From Mizuhopecten yessoensis (Eukaryota), in the NCBI RefSeq assembly GCF_002113885.1, contig NW_018408904.1:164514-228513 (forward strand): a DNA stretch of 64,000 nucleotides. The letters run 5' to 3'. The position numbers were made by a program, and so were the translations under genes. A model generated the notes under the pieces. The model saw nothing but the letters and a program-made list of their open reading frames with translations. It did no database searches and was not told the DNA's origin. This document shows positions 12,901-25,734 of the stretch, piece by piece. The stretch's first letter is position 1, and each line of letters begins with the position of its first letter.

Positions 12901-14584
12901 GAAAACTTGGCCTGAACGGTCTGAGTAAATATTAAACCCTATTTTAGTCCATAGATGGTTTTTGACCTTGACTTGGTATTCAACTAGCAGTCTCCAAGCG
13001 ACGAACATTTTAGTATTATAATGTAATTCTAACGCTGACGTAAGTGACACGGTGGCACGGGGGATGTTTACACAGATATACCACAAATATGAACAATGTG
13101 TCGGGTATTGTTATTGTTAATGCTACGATACATTTTTTGTGACCCCGTATATGTAAATTGTTTGTTTTCGCGACCGCTTCACTATCAAGAAGTTTGATTA
13201 TCGAATAGACAATATCTAAGTCTGCGAATGAAACATGAGCTTTATATAGAGATTGAACGGTGTTTTTTTTTTAATTTTCATGCCAGTATGAACGCAATCT
13301 CATTAAAATCAGATGTTAATAAAAATACCTACGCATGCGGTACGTGATAATGAACAGCTGTATTTATTCAGATTGGTATGAACGCAAATAGGTTGCATCC
13401 ATATTGCATCCGCTAGGGATGTATGTAACCAAGTTGCTTTTATACTCAAATGAATGCATATCTGCTGGTAACGTTCATATAGTGGGTTGCAGCAAAAATG
13501 TAAATATATTGCATATACTCGGGACTTTTGTGACTAAGCATGAAAATAAGCCGAATCTCCCCTGTGAGAGAGCCAGAATTATAAACTGCCAACCTTAGAT
13601 ATAGAAAAAGGTAACCAAGGCAACTGTGATATCAAAATAACGAAAAGTCCTGTTTAATAATTATAGACTTTGTATGAGGGGAAATGTTATTTAAGTTCCT
13701 TCCTGTCAAAACATTGACAAGGATCGTCAAATGTTTCAGTGTAGTTACACAAGTTAAAGTCTCGAGGTAATGAAGAACTTGAACATGTTGTTAAAATTTA
13801 AATCCTACTGTTGATAATGTGCTCCAGGACTATAATGCTTTCGATGTGAAATCAATGGATTGACGCGACGCTGCCGTTCTTATACTCCACGAACAGTGTC
13901 AGTTTCAAATATGTGTTTTAAACGGCTAGAGTCAGATTGGGATACACTTGAATCATGCCCTACTTTTCAGTCCTGGCTATATATAATATTGTCACCACAT
14001 GCCGTGTTATTAATATCATGGCATATGGTCATCCTTTGTATGAGGAGACTCATCTACACGAGCGTTATTGCAACTGCTATTGTTTGTAGTATATTAATGA
14101 ACATATACTAAGCTCTATTGCTGCAGTTGCGGGATAGCGTGCTCGTAATGTTATTTAAAATGTTCTCCAGTCCTTTAATCGATCCTTTTTTCATATCATT
14201 ATTTTATTAATGTTATTTTTTTCTTAAATCGATAAACAGTTGAAGCAGATATGATCGGTTTTCGTTATCTTTTGATTTTGCGCGGGAAACAGACCATGAC
14301 GTCAGCTGTTCCTCGTGGCTATTGTAATTTTTGACCTCGTCTCGGCGATAAAGACGGCAAAATTTGAATTGTAAGGAAAGACACTAATTGCATTTTTTTA
14401 TGCTAAAAAAAAACCACCACAAAAAACAAACAAACAAACGAATAGTGTATACCTGGAATAACTGTCACCTGTATAGCAGACAAACTTATCGTGATGTGGA
14501 ATCCAAAAATTCAAATTGAAGAACCTTTTTTATTGACATGAAATATTTAAAGCGGAATTACAATAAATTTCGTAAATAATACCG

Positions 14585-15790
14585 ATCACAACAGTTCATT
14601 CAAAGGATAATAATCACAACACATTCAAAGGGATTCTATTCATAGGACGTCATACAAACGATACTAACCAGAGGAGAGATTTTTTTTATCACAACGCGTT
14701 ATACAACTGATACTAGTCACAACAAATCATACAAAACATACGCTATACACAAGGACAAAGGACACTTATCACAAACTAAAATACAAATAATATCAATCAC
14801 AGAATGTCATATCACGGATACTAATCACAGCACGTCACATAACGGATAATAATCATAACACGTCAAATAACATATATACCAATCACAGCACGTCCATAAC
14901 GGATACTTATCACGAGATGTCACGTAACGGACACTGATCACAACACGTTATATCACGGAAACTAATCACAGTACGTCACATAACGGATAATAATCACATC
15001 ACGTCACATAACGGATACTTATAACACGTCACATAACGGATTCTTATAACACGTCACATAACGGATTCTTATCACAGCACGTCACATATCGGATACTCAC
15101 AGGACGTTACAAAACGGATAATAATCACATCACGTCACATAACGGATTCTTATCACAGCACGTCACATATCGGATACTAATCACAGGACGTTACATAACG
15201 GATATGATCACAGCACGTCACATAACGGATATGATCACAGCACGTCACATAACGGATATGATCACAGCACGTCACATAACGGATACTGATCACTACATGT
15301 CACATAACGGGAAAACAATCACATCACGTCATTTAACGGATAATTATCATTACACGTCACATAACGGATAATAATCACAGCACGTCACATAACAGATAAT
15401 AATCACAGCACGTCATATAACGGACACTTATGACGGCACGTCACATAACGGACATTTATCACAGCCCGTCACATAACGGACACTTATCACAGCACGTCAC
15501 ATAACGAATAATAATCACAGCACGTCATATAACGGACACTTATGACAGCACGTCACATAACGGACACTTATCACAGCCCGTCATATAACAGATAACAATC
15601 ACAGCCCGTCACATAACAGATAATAATCACAGCATGTCACATAACGGATAACAATCACAGCACGTCACATAACGGTCACTTATCACAGCACGTCATATAA
15701 CAGACACTTATCACAGCACGTCACATAACGGATAACAATCACAGCGCGTCATATAACAGATAATAATCACAGCACGTCACATAACGGATA
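14585..15790. repeat. 28-bp minisatellite (ATCACAGCACGTCACATAACGGATAATA) downstream of nAChR-like gene 1
   Basis: Tandem periodicity, degenerating toward 14585; reverse complement matches the 47715-49815 array. Confidence 0.93.
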
Positions 15791-16225
15791 GCTGTGCATA
15801 GGCCGTATCCCCGACCAATCCATATCTGGCCTGCAAGCGCCATATCTGCCCGGAAGAGGCAATATCCCCCCGGCACGCGCCATATCCGTTTAATGTCCGG
15901 TTGAAAAACTTTTCAGAAAAATCGCACCTCAAACGTGTAGTGTTCACACTGCATATCTGTCCGGATTTGCTATTCGGTCAATGTTTTTTTCTTTAGGGAG
16001 GATGGTGATTGTAGTAAAGCTAATGACAAATAATGTTTCTGCCAGTTCTATGTGTTATTTTCATACGTTTGACGTTATTGAGCAGTATGAAAAATCACCA
16101 TATGACTACTTCCATACAATCCTACTCCGTATCAGCCCTCGACCGATATATAATAGCCTTCGGGCTGATATGGGAGCTCGTGCCCATACGGAGTAGGATA
16201 TGGAAATGGTCATATAATAACTTCT
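15791..16225. mobile_element. Probable non-autonomous DNA-element fragment with terminal hairpin, in the 3' flank of gene 1
   Basis: Inverted repeat atcctactccgtat (16119-16132) / atacggagtaggat (16186-16199) with nested atcagccc/gggctgat; no counterpart after the stop codon of paralog 2. Confidence 0.5.
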
Positions 16226-16235
16226 AAGTACAGGA

Positions 16236-17519
16236 TCACATGCCTTTAACAGAATGATAGAAGACAAGGCCCATCTCCATTATGGTTATCATGATACAGA
16301 TGGAGAAATTCCACCTGTCAATCGCGTGACTCACTATCTGCCAGGTCAGTATAGGGCGCCGGTCAATGTCCTCCGACACAACAGCGTGATGTGTGATACC
16401 ATCCGTCCCAGTGACACCCAGATTCGTCTTTGCCCTTGGAGACATGCTTTCTGGCGTTTTTCCTGTGAGGACGTCTTTTGTGTTGCAATTACTTTTGTAT
16501 GTTCGCCAAGTCACCAACATGGTTAAACATCGGAGATGGCAAGGTATGTCCCTGGTGTCACTTCGATGGTGGTAATTCAAGGATAGAATAGTACACGTGC
16601 ATACTATGACGTTATTGGCGAGATGTATACAGAGAATAATGCTTACAACGGGAACATCTGTGGACAATGGAGGTAACTGATCCATGACGATAGTCATGAA
16701 GATTGCAAGAGACAGAAGTACAGTGATGGAGTAGCTTGCCTTCTCCCCACACTCAGCTGGAAGGAAAAACACAAACAAGTTCATACAGATCAGGAAGGCA
16801 ATGGGGATGAACAGATTCAGAAGTAAAAACTCTGGTCGACGTGACAACTGTATGGATAAATCAACATACCGAGATGCGTTATTTCCTGCAACAATAAACT
16901 TTGCGGTGAGGTTCAACGCGTCCACAGTCCATTGACCATTATCCACCAGTTGGTCCAAATAAACATGTGACGGGACGGAAATCACTTCGCCCAAACTGTA
17001 ACCTAGGTGACTGATCATCAGGTGACAAGTGTGAGAGTCGAATGGAAAATATTTGATAAATGGTTTACACGTGCTCTCGAGATAAGTAGCGAAGAGCAAC
17101 ATCGCTAAGCCTTCCGAGGAGTACTGAACGAGAAGCATGTCCTTCTCTTTGCTTAGGAAGCCGTAGCTGTCCGCTGGGTTCACCAGTACCATGGGCGGAA
17201 CCCACACGTCGAGCAGGGGGAGGTTTACCACTGTGATGTTGTCGTATTCTTCACTGTCCCAACGTATGTACTCATCCGTCCACTGCAGCATGAATAAAAG
17301 GTGTGTTCCTAAAACACTCTCCACGATATTAAACTCTTTCAACATGTAGAAGTATAAGCTTATATGTACCAACAACGGATCATTTTGATTTCGAAGAGGA
17401 CGAGTAGACTTTGTATAATTCTGTAAAAGGTTACGTTTTAACCGTGTCATATTCTCATAGGATTCTCCGTTTACATTCGAACATAAAAGAAACACGGAGA
17501 TTAAAGATAGCACCAACAT
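16236..17519 (-). CDS. Intronless nicotinic acetylcholine receptor-like (Cys-loop ligand-gated cation channel) subunit, non-alpha type, paralog 1, 427 aa
   Basis: Signal peptide; RP..N, WTDEYIRW, VWVP motifs; Cys-loop CKPFIKYFPFDSHTC (C-x13-C); four TM segments; GEK before M2; W..VSHAIDR before M4; no vicinal CC in loop C. Confidence 0.95.
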   Translation of the reverse strand: MLVLSLISVFLLCSNVNGESYENMTRLKRNLLQNYTKSTRPLRNQNDPLLVHISLYFYMLKEFNIVESVLGTHLLFMLQWTDEYIRWDSEEYDNITVVNLPLLDVWVPPMVLVNPADSYGFLSKEKDMLLVQYSSEGLAMLLFATYLESTCKPFIKYFPFDSHTCHLMISHLGYSLGEVISVPSHVYLDQLVDNGQWTVDALNLTAKFIVAGNNASRYVDLSIQLSRRPEFLLLNLFIPIAFLICMNLFVFFLPAECGEKASYSITVLLSLAIFMTIVMDQLPPLSTDVPVVSIILCIHLANNVIVCTCTILSLNYHHRSDTRDIPCHLRCLTMLVTWRTYKSNCNTKDVLTGKTPESMSPRAKTNLGVTGTDGITHHAVVSEDIDRRPILTWQIVSHAIDRWNFSICIMITIMEMGLVFYHSVKGM

Positions 17520-17559
17520 GGTAACGGATAGATCACACGTAACTTTCTATATCTCAGCA

Positions 17560-20500
17560 GTTAGTAACCAATTATTCACCTGTGATTATCTCCTCAGATT
17601 GTAACTGATGGTTCACCTGTGGATGTCTCCTCAGATTGTAACCGATTATTCACCTGTGATTATCTTATCAGATTGTAACTGATGGTTCACATGTGAATGT
17701 CTCCTCAGATTGTATCTGATGGTCCACCTGTGGATGTCTCCTCAGATTGTAACCGATTATTCACCTGTGATTATCTTATCAGATTGTAACTGATGGTTCA
17801 CATGTGAATGTCTCCTCAGATTGTATCTGATGGTCCACCTGTGGATGTCTCCTCAGATTGTAACCGATTATTCACCTGTGAATGTCTCCTCAGATTGTTA
17901 CTGATGGTTCACCTGTGATTATCGCCTCAGATTGTTCTCCTCAGATTGTAACCGAATATTCACCTGTGATTATCGCCTCAGATTGTTCTCCTCAGATTGT
18001 AACCGAATATTCACCTGTGATTATCGCCTCAGATTGTAACTGATAGTTCACCTGTGATTATCTCCTCAGATTGTAACAGATTATTCACCTGTGAATGTCT
18101 CCTCAGATTGTTACTGATGGTTCACCTGTGATTATCGCCTCAGATTGTAACTGATAGTTCACCTGTGATTATCTCCTCAGATTGTAACAGATTATTCACC
18201 TGTGAATGTCTCCTCAGATTGTACCTGATGGTTCACCTGTGATTATCGCCTCAGCTTGTAACCGATTATTAACCTGTGATTATTTCCTCAGATTGTAACT
18301 GATGGTCCACCTGTGGATGTCTCCTCAGATTGTAACCGATTATTCACCTGTGAATGTCTCCTCAGATTGTACCTGATGGTTCACCTGTGATTATCGCCTC
18401 AGCTTGTAACCGATTATTAACCTGTGATTATTTCATCAGATTGTAACTGATGGTCCACCTGTGAATGTCTCCTCATATTGTAACTGATGGTTCACCTGTG
18501 ATTATCTCCTCAGATTGTAACAGATTATTCACCTGTGAATGTCTCCTCAGATTGTACCTGATGGTTCACCTGTGATTATCGCCTCAGATTGTTCTCCTCA
18601 GATTGTAACCGAATATTCACCTGTGATTATCGCCTCAGATTGTAACCGATTATTAACCTGTGATTATTTCCTCAGATTGTAACTGATGGTCCACCTGTGA
18701 ATGCCTCCTCAGATTGTAACCGATTATTCACCTGTGATTATCTCATCAGATTGTAACTGATGGTTCACATGTGAATGTCTCCTCAGATTGTAACTTATGG
18801 TTCACCTGTGATTATCGCCTCAGATTGTTCTCCTCAGATTGTAACCGAATATTCACCTGTGATTATCGCCTCAGATTGTAACTGATAGTTCACCTGTGAA
18901 TGTCTCCTCAAATTGTAACCGATTATTCACCTGTGATTATCGCCTCAGATTGTTCTCCTCAGATTGTAACCGAATATTCACCTGTGATTATCGCCTCAGA
19001 TTGTAACCGCTTATTAACCTGTGATTATTTCCTCAGATTGTAACTGATGGTCCACCTGTGATTATCTCCTCAGATTGTAACTGATGGTTCATCTGTGAAT
19101 ATCTCCTCAGATTGTAACCGATTATTCACCTGTGATTATCTCATCAGATTGTAACTGATGGTTCACATGTGAATGTCTCCTCAGATTGTAACTTATGGTT
19201 CACCTGTGATTATCGCCTCAGCTTGTAACCGATTATTAACCTGTGATTATTTCCTCAGATTGTAACTGATGGTCCACCTGTGATTATCTCCTCAGATTGT
19301 AACCTATGGTCCACTTGTGATTATCTCCTCAGATTGTAACTGATGGTTCACCTGTGATTATCTCCTCAGATTGTAACAGATTATTCACCTGTGAATGTCT
19401 CCTCAGATTGTACCTGATGGTTCACCTGTGATTATCGCCTCAGATTGTAACCGATTATTTACCTGTGATTATTTCCTCAGATTGTAACTGATGGTCCACC
19501 TGTGGATGGCTCCTCAGATTGTAACTGATAGTTCATCTGTGAATGTCTCATCAGATTGTAACCGATTATTCACCTGTGAATGTCTCCTCAGATTGTTACT
19601 GATGGTTCACCTGTGATTATCGCCTCAGCTTGTAACCGATTATTAACCTGTGATTATTTCCTCAGATTGTAACTGATGGTCCACCTGTGAATGCCTCCTC
19701 AGATTGTAACCGATTATTCACCTGTGAATGTCTCCTCAGATTGTAACCGATTATTCACCTGTGATTATCTCCTAAGATTGTAACAGATAGTTAATCTGTG
19801 AATGTCTCCTCAGATTGTAACTGATGGTTCACCTGTGATTATCGCCTCAGATTGTAACCGATTATTAACCTGTGATTATTTCCTCAGATTGTAACTGATG
19901 GTCCACCTGTGAATGTCTCCTTAGATTGTAACTGATGGTTAACCTGTGATTATTTCATCAGATTGTAACTGATTGTTCACATGTGATTATCGCCTCAGAA
20001 TGTAACTGATTATTCATCTGTGAATGTCTCCTTAGATTGTAACTGATGGTTAACCTGTGATTATTTCATCAGATTGTAAATGATGGTTCACCTGTGGATG
20101 TCTCCTCAGATTGTAACCTATGGTCCACCTGTGAATGTCTCCTTAGATTGTAACTGATGATTCACCTGTGAATGTCTAATCAGATTGTAACCGAATGTCT
20201 CCTCAGATTATAACTGATGGTTCACATGTGATTATCTCCTCCGATTGTAACTGATGATTAACCTGTGATTATCTCCTAAGATTGTAACAGATAGTTAATC
20301 TGTGAATATCTCCTCAGATTGTAACTGATGGTTAACCTGTGATTATTTCATCAGATTGTAACTGATGGTTCACCTGTGATTATCGCCTCAGATTGTAACT
20401 GATTATTCATCTGTGAATGTCTCCTCAGATTGTAACTGATGGTTAACCTGTGATTATCTCCTCAGATTGTAACTGATGATTCACCTGTGAATGTCTCCTC

Positions 20501-20830
20501 AGATTGTAACTGATAGTTCATCTGTGAATGTCTCCTCAGGATGTAACAGATAGTTCACCTGTGATTATCCCCTCAGATTGTAACTGATGGTTCACCTGTG
20601 AATGTCTCCTCAGATTTTAACTGATGGTTCACCTGTGATTATCGCCTCAGATTGTAACTGATAGTTCACCTGTGAATGTCTCCTCAGATTGTAACTGATT
20701 ATTCTCCTGTGAATGTCTCCTCAGATTGTAACTGATGGTTCACCTGTGAATGTCTCCTCAGATTGTAACTGATAGTTCACCTGTGATTATCTCCGAAGAT
20801 TTTAACCGCCGGTTTACACGTGAGTGTCTC
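17560..20830. repeat. 37-bp minisatellite (TTCACCTGTGATTATCTCCTCAGATTGTAACTGATGG), about 88 units, directly upstream of gene 1 ATG
   Basis: Tandem periodicity; most units carry CACCTG; a recurring short variant (cagattgttctcct) marks higher-order duplications. Confidence 0.96.
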
Positions 20831-21004
20831 TTCAGATTGTTTCTGGTGGTACCGGTGTCTAATTTTGTTCATAGCTCAGATTGTAAATGTAGGGTTGATA
20901 CGTGAGTGGCAGGTGTATCGGTCTTCTTTATTAGTTCCGAACTAAATCTACATTTCCCACATTAATCTGTACATCATAAACCGTAAAACGGTTTTCCAAG
21001 AGAA

Positions 21005-21320
21005 AGAACTGTCGGCTTAAAACGAATATGCTACATTCCATTAACTGTAATCCATTTATATGGTATAAAACATTATTGTGTATTGTCTTGCCTTTAACAG
21101 AATCACTTTAGAGAGACCACAAACAGGGGAATGGTAGGACAAATCAAATAACGATGTTCGTCGTTGAGATACAGACAAATAAAGAGGAGATAAACATTTG
21201 ACAAGTGTGTAAATAGGCCTCAATACGTTACTATGTTACATTACGTGTGGTGAGTTACTTGTGTAAATAATGGCATCTCCGTTAATGGTCTGCAATGTAT
21301 ATTGATTCGTATCACACGGA
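21005..21320 (-). promoter_or_regulatory. Conserved upstream block of gene 1, homologous to about 45440-45730 upstream of gene 2
   Basis: Reverse complement of 21238-21292 matches 45466-45520 at 45/55 nt without gaps; atattcgttttaag is also shared. Regulatory role is inferred only. Confidence 0.55.
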
Positions 21321-22089
21321 GACCATCGATATCAGTACCATAACACCTAATGTCTCGGTGAGTTTACACTAGTGTGAAGTCCATCTGGCGTTTTGCTGTT
21401 CTTACACTTTCTTAAAAAATAGCAAAAAAATGGAAGTTTGCTGAAATAAATTATGTTGACCTATCCAAAAAGCCAGAGGTTTCGACGTTAACAAGAGAGA
21501 ATAAGCAGATAAATATCCGATCGTGTGTCCGACTGTTCGTTCATCTATGTTACATCAATATTATCCGTATCAAGGTAAAGAAGCAGGGTTCCATTGCTCT
21601 TGTCAAACTCGCAATCGTTTTGTGTAGAATTGAATATTTAACTATAACCACGTATATTTTTTTATAAGTATTATATAATAATAACTTTTGAACACAATCA
21701 GGACTTGAAAACATATTTTGAGAGCTTTCGAAAACGTCCGTTTCCATTGTCAAGCAAAGAATGCAAATGACCGGTGTCTCGACCCTAAACCCGCTGAAAA
21801 CAACTCACTTAGTCTCAGGGGGCCAAATCAGTAAAGTCAACTGTCAAAAATCATAGAGACAGTTCACCCAATTGCACTCTAATACTGCAGGTAGTCAGGG
21901 GGACGGGTAACATGTTTACCCATTCCGCCCCTTATTGAACTCAGACACCCCTTGTATATTTGTTTCTTGGGTCCATTTTGACCCGAATGGTTCATAAAAA
22001 ACGTAGAAAAAAACATTCGGGGTATTCACATATACATGTTGTCAGGGTCTGTTTGATATGCATTCAAATGGGCCGAAAGAAACAAAAAG

Positions 22090-23822
22090 TGTTATATATC
22101 GGTAGACGATGTGGCCAGTGTCGTCTACAGGTAGACAGTGGACCATGTTCTATGTACAGGTACACGTTTGGCCCAGTGTTATGTATCGGTAGATGATGTT
22201 ACTAGTATCGTTTACAGGTAGACATTGGACCATGTTTTATGTACAGGTACACGTTTGGCCCAGTGTTATGTATCGGTAGATGATGTTACCAGTATCGTCT
22301 ACAGGTAGAAAGTAGACCATGTTTGATGTACCGGTACAAGTTTGACCTTGTTTCATGTATCGATAGACGATGTGACCAGTATCGTCTACAGGTAGACAGT
22401 TGACCATGTTCTATGTACAGGTACACGTTTGGCCCAGTGTTATGTACCGGTAGACGATGTGGCCAGAATCGTCTACATGTAGACAGTGGACCATGTTCTA
22501 TGTACAGGTACACGTCTGGCCCAGTGTTATGTACCGGTAGACGATGTGACCAGTATCGTCTACAGGTAGTAGGTAGGCCATGTTATATGTACAGGTACAC
22601 GTTTGGCCTAGTGTTATGTACCGGTAGACGATGTTACTAGTATCGGCTACAGGTAGACAGTGGACCATGTTCTATGTACCGTTACACGTTTGGCCCAGTG
22701 TTATGTACCGGTAGACGATGTGACCAGAATCGTCTACAGGTAGACAGTGGACCATGTTCTATGTACAGGTACACGTTTGGCCTAGTGTTATGTACCGGTA
22801 GACGATGTGGCCAGAATCGTCTACAGGTAGACAGTGGACCATGTTCTATGTACAGGTACACGTTTGGCCTAGTGTTATGTACCGGTAGACGATGTGGCCA
22901 GAATCGTCTACAGGTAGACAGTGGACCATGTTCTATGTACAGGTACACGTTTGGCCTAGTGTTATGTACCGGTAGACGATGTGGCCAGAATCGTCTACAG
23001 GTAGACAGTGGACCATGTTCTATGTACAGGTACACGTTTGGCCTAGTGTTATGTACCGGTAGACGATGTGGCCAGAATCGTCTACAGGTAGACAGTGGAC
23101 CATGTTCTATGTACAGGTACACGTTTGGCCTAGTGTTATGTACCGGTAGACGATGTGGCCAGAATCGTCTACAGGTAGACAGTGGACCATGTTCTATGTA
23201 CAGGTACACGTTTGGCCTAGTGTTATGTACCGGTAGACGATGTGGCCAGAATCGTCTACAGGTAGACAGTGGACCATGTTCTATGTACAGGTACACGTTT
23301 GGCCTAGTGTTATGTACCGGTAGACGATGTGGCCAGAATCGTCTACAGGTAGACAGTGGACCATGTTCTATGTACAGGTACACGTTTGGCCTAGTGTTAT
23401 GTACCGGTAGACGATGTGGCCAGAATCGTCTACAGGTAGACAGTGGACCATGTTCTATGTACAGGTACACGTTTGGCCTAGTGTTATGTACCGGTAGACG
23501 ATGTGGCCAGAATCGTCTACAGGTAGACAGTGGACCATGTTCTATGTACAGGTACACGTTTGGCCTAGTGTTATGTACCGGTAGACGATGTGGCCAGAAT
23601 CGTCTACAGGTAGACAGTGGACCATGTTCTATGTACAGGTACACGTTTGGCCTAGTGTTATGTACCGGTAGACGATGTGGCCAGAATCGTCTACAGGTAG
23701 ACAGTGGACCATGTTCTATGTACAGGTACACGTTTGGCCTAGTGTTATGTACCGGTAGACGATGTGACCAGAATCGTTTACAGGTAGTAGGTAGGCCATG
23801 TTCTATGTACAGGTACACGTTT
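22090..23822. repeat. 87-bp satellite made of three 29-bp subunits, about 20 units
   Basis: ggtagacgatgtggccagaatcgtctaca / ggtagacagtggaccatgttctatgtaca / ggtacacgtttggcctagtgttatgtacc; essentially identical units at about 22740-23760. Confidence 0.97.
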
Positions 23823-25150
23823 GACGTATGATGGTATGACGTCAGAATGGATCACTGTTAAATCCGGAGTTCGACAAGGTGGGGTGTTGTCAAGTTTTCT
23901 CTACCAAGTGTTTATTGACAGCCCACTTTGTACCCTAGAAAAGAGGAACCAAGGAGCTAGAATCGTGTCTATACCGGTAGGGAATCCTACTCTCGCTGAT
24001 TATGTTGCCTTAATTGCTATAACACCAGCCTCGCTACAAAATATGTTAAATATGTGTCACACCTACAGCACGACATGGCAGTATAGATTCTATAGTTCCA
24101 AATGCTCTATTATCGTGATAGGCAGATTCATTCCAAGGGAACCCTCGTTTTCCTGGTCAATAGGAACCAATCCTATTCAAATTGCATCATCATATATACA
24201 CCTCGGCGTCCCAGTTTCCAATAGGATGAACAATGGCGAACGGGTTGCTAAAGCATGAGTCATCCATGTTGTTCTTGGAATTAATGCAAAGTCGACTTCC
24301 ATAAATGCTTTAGTGAAAGTTAATCTATATAAGAAAGTCGTCATTCCATCAATTCTCTTCGGATGCGAACATTGGTTGCAAATCAACCAGACGGACATCC
24401 GTGATTTAAATACGTTTCATCATTACCCTGCCAAACTTATCATAAACATAAGGAAAGGGACAGGGTCAGACATTGCAGAAAAGTATATTGGGGATCCAGC
24501 GAATAGGCGCCACTTTCGACCAACGGAAACTCATCTTCCTAGCACAACTGATTCACCTAGATTGTAGATACATTGTAAAAACAATGGTCTTAGTCCGTCT
24601 ATATAGCTACATTATTGGCGAGGAAGACGGAAATACAACACAACAACGTGGTTTCATCCCGGATATAGTTGCAATACTTCACAAATACAACCTAAGATCC
24701 TATCTCGATAAGTAACAGTTTAAATTCCCGGGAAAAGGTGAGTGGAAACGTGTCGTAAAGAGAGCCATTAGCCGTTTTGAAAATATTGCCTTAAGAACGA
24801 GGCNGTTTGCGCCAGGCGTGAGTTTCTCAATTTACTCAATCGAGCAGTTTAGTTCCGCCTGGAACTGTCCATTAATGCAATGGACATTTCTAAACTTCAT
24901 ACATTTTTGTACTAACTATTAACACTGTATCATATCTGAGGAATTACATATGTATACTATATATTCAAAACTTAAACTCCACTTTATAGTATCAGCAAGA
25001 AAAAATAACGTCATGAAAACCTATACTTGTCAAAATCATGTGCAAGCCCGGGCTTATTGGCTTACATGGTAGCTACGCGCCTGGAGGCTATCCAACGATG
25101 ATGACTTTCTTAGATGTAGACGAATTCATTCGACGTACCATCCCTATGTT
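23823..25150 (+). mobile_element. Decayed 5'-truncated LINE, RT C-terminal half and downstream region
   Basis: SGVRQGGVLSSFLYQVFID, GNPTLADY (xADD box mutated), YIHLGV, LYKKVVIPSILFGCEHW; stops and frameshifts; single N at 24804. Confidence 0.85.
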
Positions 25151-25734
25151 CTGTGGGCTGCTTGCAAATTTACGAAGCATATTAGACAAGTGTACTTCCT
25201 GTGTAATGGTTTGACCTGTGTTAATTCACATCAAATCCGACGATGAACCTGTTGTCAGATAGACGTCCAAGACACGACCCGCCATATATGTGTGTCAATC
25301 AACCAGGCCACTGAAAACCCGCTTCTTGACTAATGCTATGCTTGAGTATGGACCACAGGTTTATAGTTATCTAAATGACATGGAAGACGAGGATTTCCTC
25401 TTTGCACTTTTTTTTTGTCCCAGACTTGCCAGACCACCCCACCAGAGACGATTTCAGATTTAATTGTGCAGCCTTCATCATGGAAGCTATGCACATCTAT
25501 TATAGCAATAACTGAGCAGGCACTGCTACTCATCTATTTGCTGAACCACAATTGTGTTTTCTTACCAATGATATATAAAGTAATATAACATATACTGAAC
25601 TGTGATGACATATGATTATCATTCGAAATCGTATGGTCTGAGAAAGCTTATTTGGCTATTATCCTATCACTAATTATTGATTAATAAGTATGTGTAAATA
25701 CTAGCTGGATATTGGTGGTAGCGCATAACAGTGA

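Noticed and set aside
22286-23831. 385-aa Cys-rich repeat ORF and CRISPR-like look of the hairpin repeat
   Set aside because: 87 bp is 29 codons and open on both strands; intervening sequence is identical rather than unique spacers; no cas genes; eukaryotic context.
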